From assembly GCA_050743385.1 (NCBI GenBank), contig JBOGFJ010000089.1, forward strand, positions 1-43,823: a DNA stretch of 43,823 bases, in the 5' to 3' direction. Positions within the stretch are counted from its first letter, which is position 1. Every line of letters starts with the position of its first letter. Positions 41,701-43,823 of this stretch are shown in pieces. This DNA comes from Acidimicrobiia bacterium. Lineage in GTDB: Bacteria > Actinomycetota > Acidimicrobiia > IMCC26256 > JACDBD01. The notes under the pieces were generated by a model, which was given only the letters and a program-made list of their open reading frames with translations, made no database searches and was not told where the DNA came from. The position numbers and the translations under genes were made by a program.

Positions 41701-42164
41701 CGCTCGCCCGGCCGGATCACCACCGGCTCGACGTCCTCGACATGCGGCCCGAGACGCTGCACGAGCGCCCGCACCGGGGCGACGACGACGGTCGGGAGCT
41801 CGTCTCCCCCGGCCCGCAGGCGCCACATGGTACGGAGGCGCCGGCCCATGGTCTCGAGCGACGGCGACACCCGCTCGAACGGCAGCGTCTCCCACGCCGG
41901 GAACAACTCGACCGCGTCGGGACCGAGGAAGCGGGCGAGGTCGTGAACGAGACGCTCGGCTTCCGCACCGGTGGGTACCGCTACGACGACCGGCCGGCGG
42001 GTCGTGGCCCGGGCGAGGGCAGCGACGAAGACGGCGCGGGCCGGGTCGGGCACCGCGACGACCGGCTCTCTCCCGATGACGGCGCGCACAGCCGGCTCCT
42101 CGGCGAGGAGCGGCGCCAGCTCAGCCAACGGGGGGATGGTCGTGGGATCGGTCGTCTGGATCAT
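38715..42164 (-). CDS. mfd: transcription-repair coupling factor
   Basis: 1149 aa. CarD/TRCF RNAP-interacting domain (DFVVHHQHGVGRY), DEAD/H helicase motifs (LVCGDVGYGKTEVA, LVVDEEQRFGV, TATPIPRT) and the TRCF C-terminal domain. Confidence 0.95.
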   Translation of the reverse strand: MIQTTDPTTIPPLAELAPLLAEEPAVRAVIGREPVVAVPDPARAVFVAALARATTRRPVVVAVPTGAEAERLVHDLARFLGPDAVELFPAWETLPFERVSPSLETMGRRLRTMWRLRAGGDELPTVVVAPVRALVQRLGPHVEDVEPVVIRPGERLDRDDLLARLVGGGYRREYQVESRGEVAVRGSIVDVYPSTADHPVRVDLWGDEVDRLSAFSVADQRSTHELAEAWVFPTRELLPTDEVRTRAERLVASQPWGREQWERLATGETFDGMESWLPWVCDGEHLLPDLLPGDAVVLLVEPKRMRDRAQELLDEEEALASTLATTWGATGEPGFPRLSLPFGRLLVHTEAGAVAVPSAPEGPDTPRLGATAFDPVVGDAENLARRLGALRRERYQVVLAAEGRGSADRLRAVLAEEGVDLTDTPAPGALALVVAPLERGVVLPAAKLALVAEADLTGRRRVHRRPTARRGAARGVDFYDALEPGDFVVHHQHGVGRYVEMTKRAMGGAERDYLLLEYKGGDKLYVPTDQVGTVRRYTGGERPTLNRLGGSDWQKTRARVRKAVREIAQELVVLYRRRLATPGHSFAPDTPWQREVEDAFPFEETPDQARAIEDVKADMERPVPMDRLVCGDVGYGKTEVAVRAAFKAVQDGKQAAVLVPTTLLANQHGQTFRERFANYPVHVEVLSRFLTPREQAAVVGGVGDGSVDVVIGTHRLLSDDVRFRDLGLLVVDEEQRFGVQHKERIKALRADVDVLTLTATPIPRTLELSLTGIRDLSLVNTPPEDRQPILTYVGDYDDRAVAEAIRRELLREGQAFFVHNRVRDIEFAAEHVRELVPEARVAVAHGQMDEGRLERIVLDFWERESDVLVCTTIVESGLDIPTVNTLVVDRSDLLGLAQLYQLRGRIGRRGQRAYAYLLHPVDRALTEEAYERLKTIGEFTDLGSGFKIAMRDLEIRGAGNLLGGEQSGHIAAVGFDLYCQMVTEAVGELTGESPPEPVEIAIDVPVHAHLPRDYVARDDVRMEAYRRLAAVSAVTDVDDIRAEWADRYGPPPAPAEALLEVARLRVECVRLGIRSVSVQRGAARITGLRLPESKKLRLRRLVPGAVAKQADELVVPVGANGASVPGVLVDLLGELLPADDATPVGSAAP

Positions 42165-42227
42165 GGACGCGCGTCGACGCCCGAGACGCGGCCGCGTCCC
42201 GGGGGTGCGCGACTCAGGATAACGGCC

Positions 42228-42842
42228 CTACGGGCGGGTGTTGAAGCGGTTCATCGCCGCGTCGACGCCGTCGGTGACGATTGTCTCGACGGCGTCGGCG
42301 GCCTCCTCGATCGTCACCTCGATCTCGGCCCGCTCGCGTTTCGAGAACCGCCGGAGCACGTGATCGGCGCCCCGCTCCTTCGAGACCGGCTTCTCGACGC
42401 CGATCCGCACGCGCACGAACGCATCGGCGTGCAGGTGCGACACGATCGAGCGCAACCCGTTGTGGCCGGCGAGCCCGCCGCCCGCCTTCACCTGCAGTCG
42501 CGCCACCGGCAGGTCGAGCTCGTCGTGCACGACCACGAGCTGCTCCGCCTCCACGCCGTAGCGCCGCACCAGCGGACGCACCGCCTCACCGGAGTCGTTC
42601 ATGTAGGTGAGCGGCACGGCCAGAGCGACCCGCCGGTCGCCGATGTGCACCTCGTCGACCCGCGCCCGCTCCTTGCCCTTGCGCAGGTTGCCACCGTGCC
42701 GGCGGGCGAGCAGCTCGACCGTCTCCGCGCCCACGTTGTGGCGCGAGCCGGCGTATTCGTCGCCGGGATTGCCGAGCCCCACCACGAGCAGGTCGGCCGG
42801 GGTACCCCTGCGCGGCGCCCGTTCCCGCCGGCGCCGCAGCAC
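42228..42842 (-). CDS. pth: aminoacyl-tRNA (peptidyl-tRNA) hydrolase
   Basis: LLVVGLGNPGDEYAGSRHNVGAETVELLA...PLTYMNDSGEAV...VVHDELDLPVARLQVKAGGGLAGHNGLRSI shows canonical Pth motifs. Confidence 0.95.
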   Translation of the reverse strand: MLRRRRERAPRRGTPADLLVVGLGNPGDEYAGSRHNVGAETVELLARRHGGNLRKGKERARVDEVHIGDRRVALAVPLTYMNDSGEAVRPLVRRYGVEAEQLVVVHDELDLPVARLQVKAGGGLAGHNGLRSIVSHLHADAFVRVRIGVEKPVSKERGADHVLRRFSKRERAEIEVTIEEAADAVETIVTDGVDAAMNRFNTRP

Positions 42843-42851
42843 CTGGCGCTC

Positions 42852-43550
42852 CTACTCCCCGCCGCTCTCGCCCTCGGCCGCCTCGCCGCCCTCGGCCGCC
42901 GCCGCCTCGCCCTCGCCCTCGGCAGCCTCACCCTCGGCGGCCTCACCCTCGACCTCTTCGCCCTCCTCGGCCTCGGGCTCGGGCTCCTCGACCACGCGGG
43001 GCATGACCACCTGCACGACGAGCTCCTCGGGCTCGTTCTGCAGTGCGACGCCCGCGGGTATCGCGAGCTCCTCGATCCGCAGCTGGTCGCCGATCTCGAG
43101 GGCGGACACGTCGACCTCGATGGCGTTGGGGATGTCGGCGGGCTTCGCCTGGATGGCGAGCGAGAACACGAGCTGCTCGAGGACGCCGCCGTCGCGCACA
43201 CCCGCGGGCTCGCCCTCGAGGTGCACGGGGATCTCGGCCTCGACGGCGACGTCGCGGCGGATGCGGACGAAATCGACGTGGATGAGCTCGCCGCGCGTCG
43301 GGTGCCGCTGGATCTGGCGGGCGAGCGTGAGGATGTCGTCGCCATCCCACTTCAAGGTGATCAGCGTGTTGGCGCCGGCCTCGCCGCTGAGGATGTGCTG
43401 GAGCTCGCGGGCGGGGACGGTGACGTTGAGCGTCTCGGTCTCGAGGCCGTAGATGACGGCCGGCACCTTCCCCTCGCGGCGCAGCCGGCCAGCGGGGCGG
43501 CTGCCCCTGACGGTGCGGGGTTGGGCGGGGAGCAGGATGTCGTCGGGCAT
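42852..43550 (-). CDS. rplY: 50S ribosomal protein L25/general stress protein Ctc, with acidic Glu/Ala/Gly-rich tail
   Basis: ATG 43550: MPDDILLPAQPRTVRGSRPAGRLRREGKVPAVIYG...LTLARQIQRHPTRGELIHVDFVRI... The C-terminal tail is EEPEPEAEEGEEVEGEAAEGEAAEGEGEAAAAEGGEAAEGESGGE. Confidence 0.9.
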   Translation of the reverse strand: MPDDILLPAQPRTVRGSRPAGRLRREGKVPAVIYGLETETLNVTVPARELQHILSGEAGANTLITLKWDGDDILTLARQIQRHPTRGELIHVDFVRIRRDVAVEAEIPVHLEGEPAGVRDGGVLEQLVFSLAIQAKPADIPNAIEVDVSALEIGDQLRIEELAIPAGVALQNEPEELVVQVVMPRVVEEPEPEAEEGEEVEGEAAEGEAAEGEGEAAAAEGGEAAEGESGGE

Positions 43551-43626
43551 GGCGAAGCGGGCTCTCCGGGCGGCTGGGGCCTTCCATTGTGCGTGACGCG
43601 AGGCAGCATCGCCAAACCAGCGAGCC

Positions 43627-43726
43627 GGAGGAGCTGCCATCCACCGGCGAGGGGGCCGGGTCTCCCGGCCCCCGGACCGCCAGGATTGCGCGGGAGCGGC
43701 GAGCGAAGCGAGCGCGACCAGAAAGG
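43627..43726 (-). repeat. about 100-nt intergenic element, family B, copy 2 (hairpin at 43650-43672)
   Basis: The reverse complement begins immediately after the rplQ TGA, reading cctttctggtcgcgctcgcttcgctcgccgctcc...tggcggtc.GGGGGCCGGG-AGA-CCCGGCCCCC...ggtggatggcagctcctc. It aligns along its whole length to 10817-10917. Confidence 0.8.
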
Positions 43727-43823
43727 TCAGACGAGTTCGATGCGCGCCATGGGCGCGTGGTCGCCCGGGCGGGGACCGAGCTTGAGGATCCGCAGGTAGC
43801 CGCCGTTGCGCTCGGTGTAACGG
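43727..43823 (-). CDS. rplQ: 50S ribosomal protein L17, C-terminal end (5' part outside the window)
   Basis: Hand translation of the minus strand gives ...[31 protein letters not shown], which matches the conserved L17 C-terminus (GGYTRI.K...R.GD.A.MA.IELV). Confidence 0.7.
   Translation of the reverse strand, partial: RYTERNGGYLRILKLGPRPGDHAPMARIELV

Noticed and set aside
42855-42990. Repetitive gcc/ctc/ggc-rich DNA at the 3' end of rplY, considered as a possible CRISPR-like or satellite repeat.
   Set aside because: It is in frame and encodes the acidic Glu/Ala/Gly tail of L25/Ctc. There is no repeat-spacer organisation, so this is coding low-complexity sequence.
40270-43799. Long ORFs overlapping mfd, pth and rplY (40270..41895 minus, 41189..42079 plus, 41493..43799 plus, 42599..43345 minus, 42943..43644 minus).
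   Set aside because: These are alternative or antisense frames of three unmistakable housekeeping genes. Their composition is junk-like (poly-Arg/Pro/Gly).

Overview
Very GC-rich, densely coding chromosomal segment that looks actinobacterial: F420- and mycothiol-type enzyme families, many leaderless-looking GTG/ATG starts, and frequent 4-nt ATGA/GTGA gene overlaps. I support about 55 CDS, one tRNA gene, two families of repeated intergenic elements, two in-frame tandem repeats and a few promoter, operator and terminator candidates. I saw no rRNA, CRISPR array, transposase, integrase or recognisable defence or toxin-antitoxin module.

The right half (about 29-43.8 kb) is a conserved housekeeping block on the minus strand: rplQ(3' end) | rplY/ctc - pth - mfd - parvulin PPIase lipoprotein - mazG(YabN-type) ... 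eno - ftsB/divIC - DUF501 - ppx. The order matches M. tuberculosis Rv1014c-Rv1026 from memory. This half also carries orn, an ArsR-SRPBCC pair and a class V aminotransferase.

The left half (0-23 kb) is more accessory and enriched in redox, thiol and electrophile-stress functions:
- dienelactone hydrolase, a PPOX-class F420 enzyme and an LLM-class F420 oxidoreductase
- selD and an esterase-thioredoxin fusion
- two DinB/mycothiol-dependent isomerase-like proteins, a MerR regulator, and an HxlR-YceI pair
- a Prx5-type peroxiredoxin and a cNMP-binding TrxR-like flavoprotein with a UBP zinc-finger partner

Signals most worth a second look:
1. An atypical class-I tRNA with anticodon loop CCUAAAC (C33, nominal anticodon UAA), directly upstream of an arginase-fold/GT1 gene pair.
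2. A roughly 100-nt element present twice. Each copy abuts a stop codon in the same orientation as the upstream gene, and the hairpin shows one compensatory base-pair change between copies.
3. A roughly 50-nt near-palindromic element present twice in opposite orientation.
4. Three unusual domain fusions or active-site variants: esterase-Trx, CBS-citrate synthase with NVEFY, and arginase-fold with GGDCS.

All functional calls come from reading the translated ORFs and recognising motifs. No database search was run.
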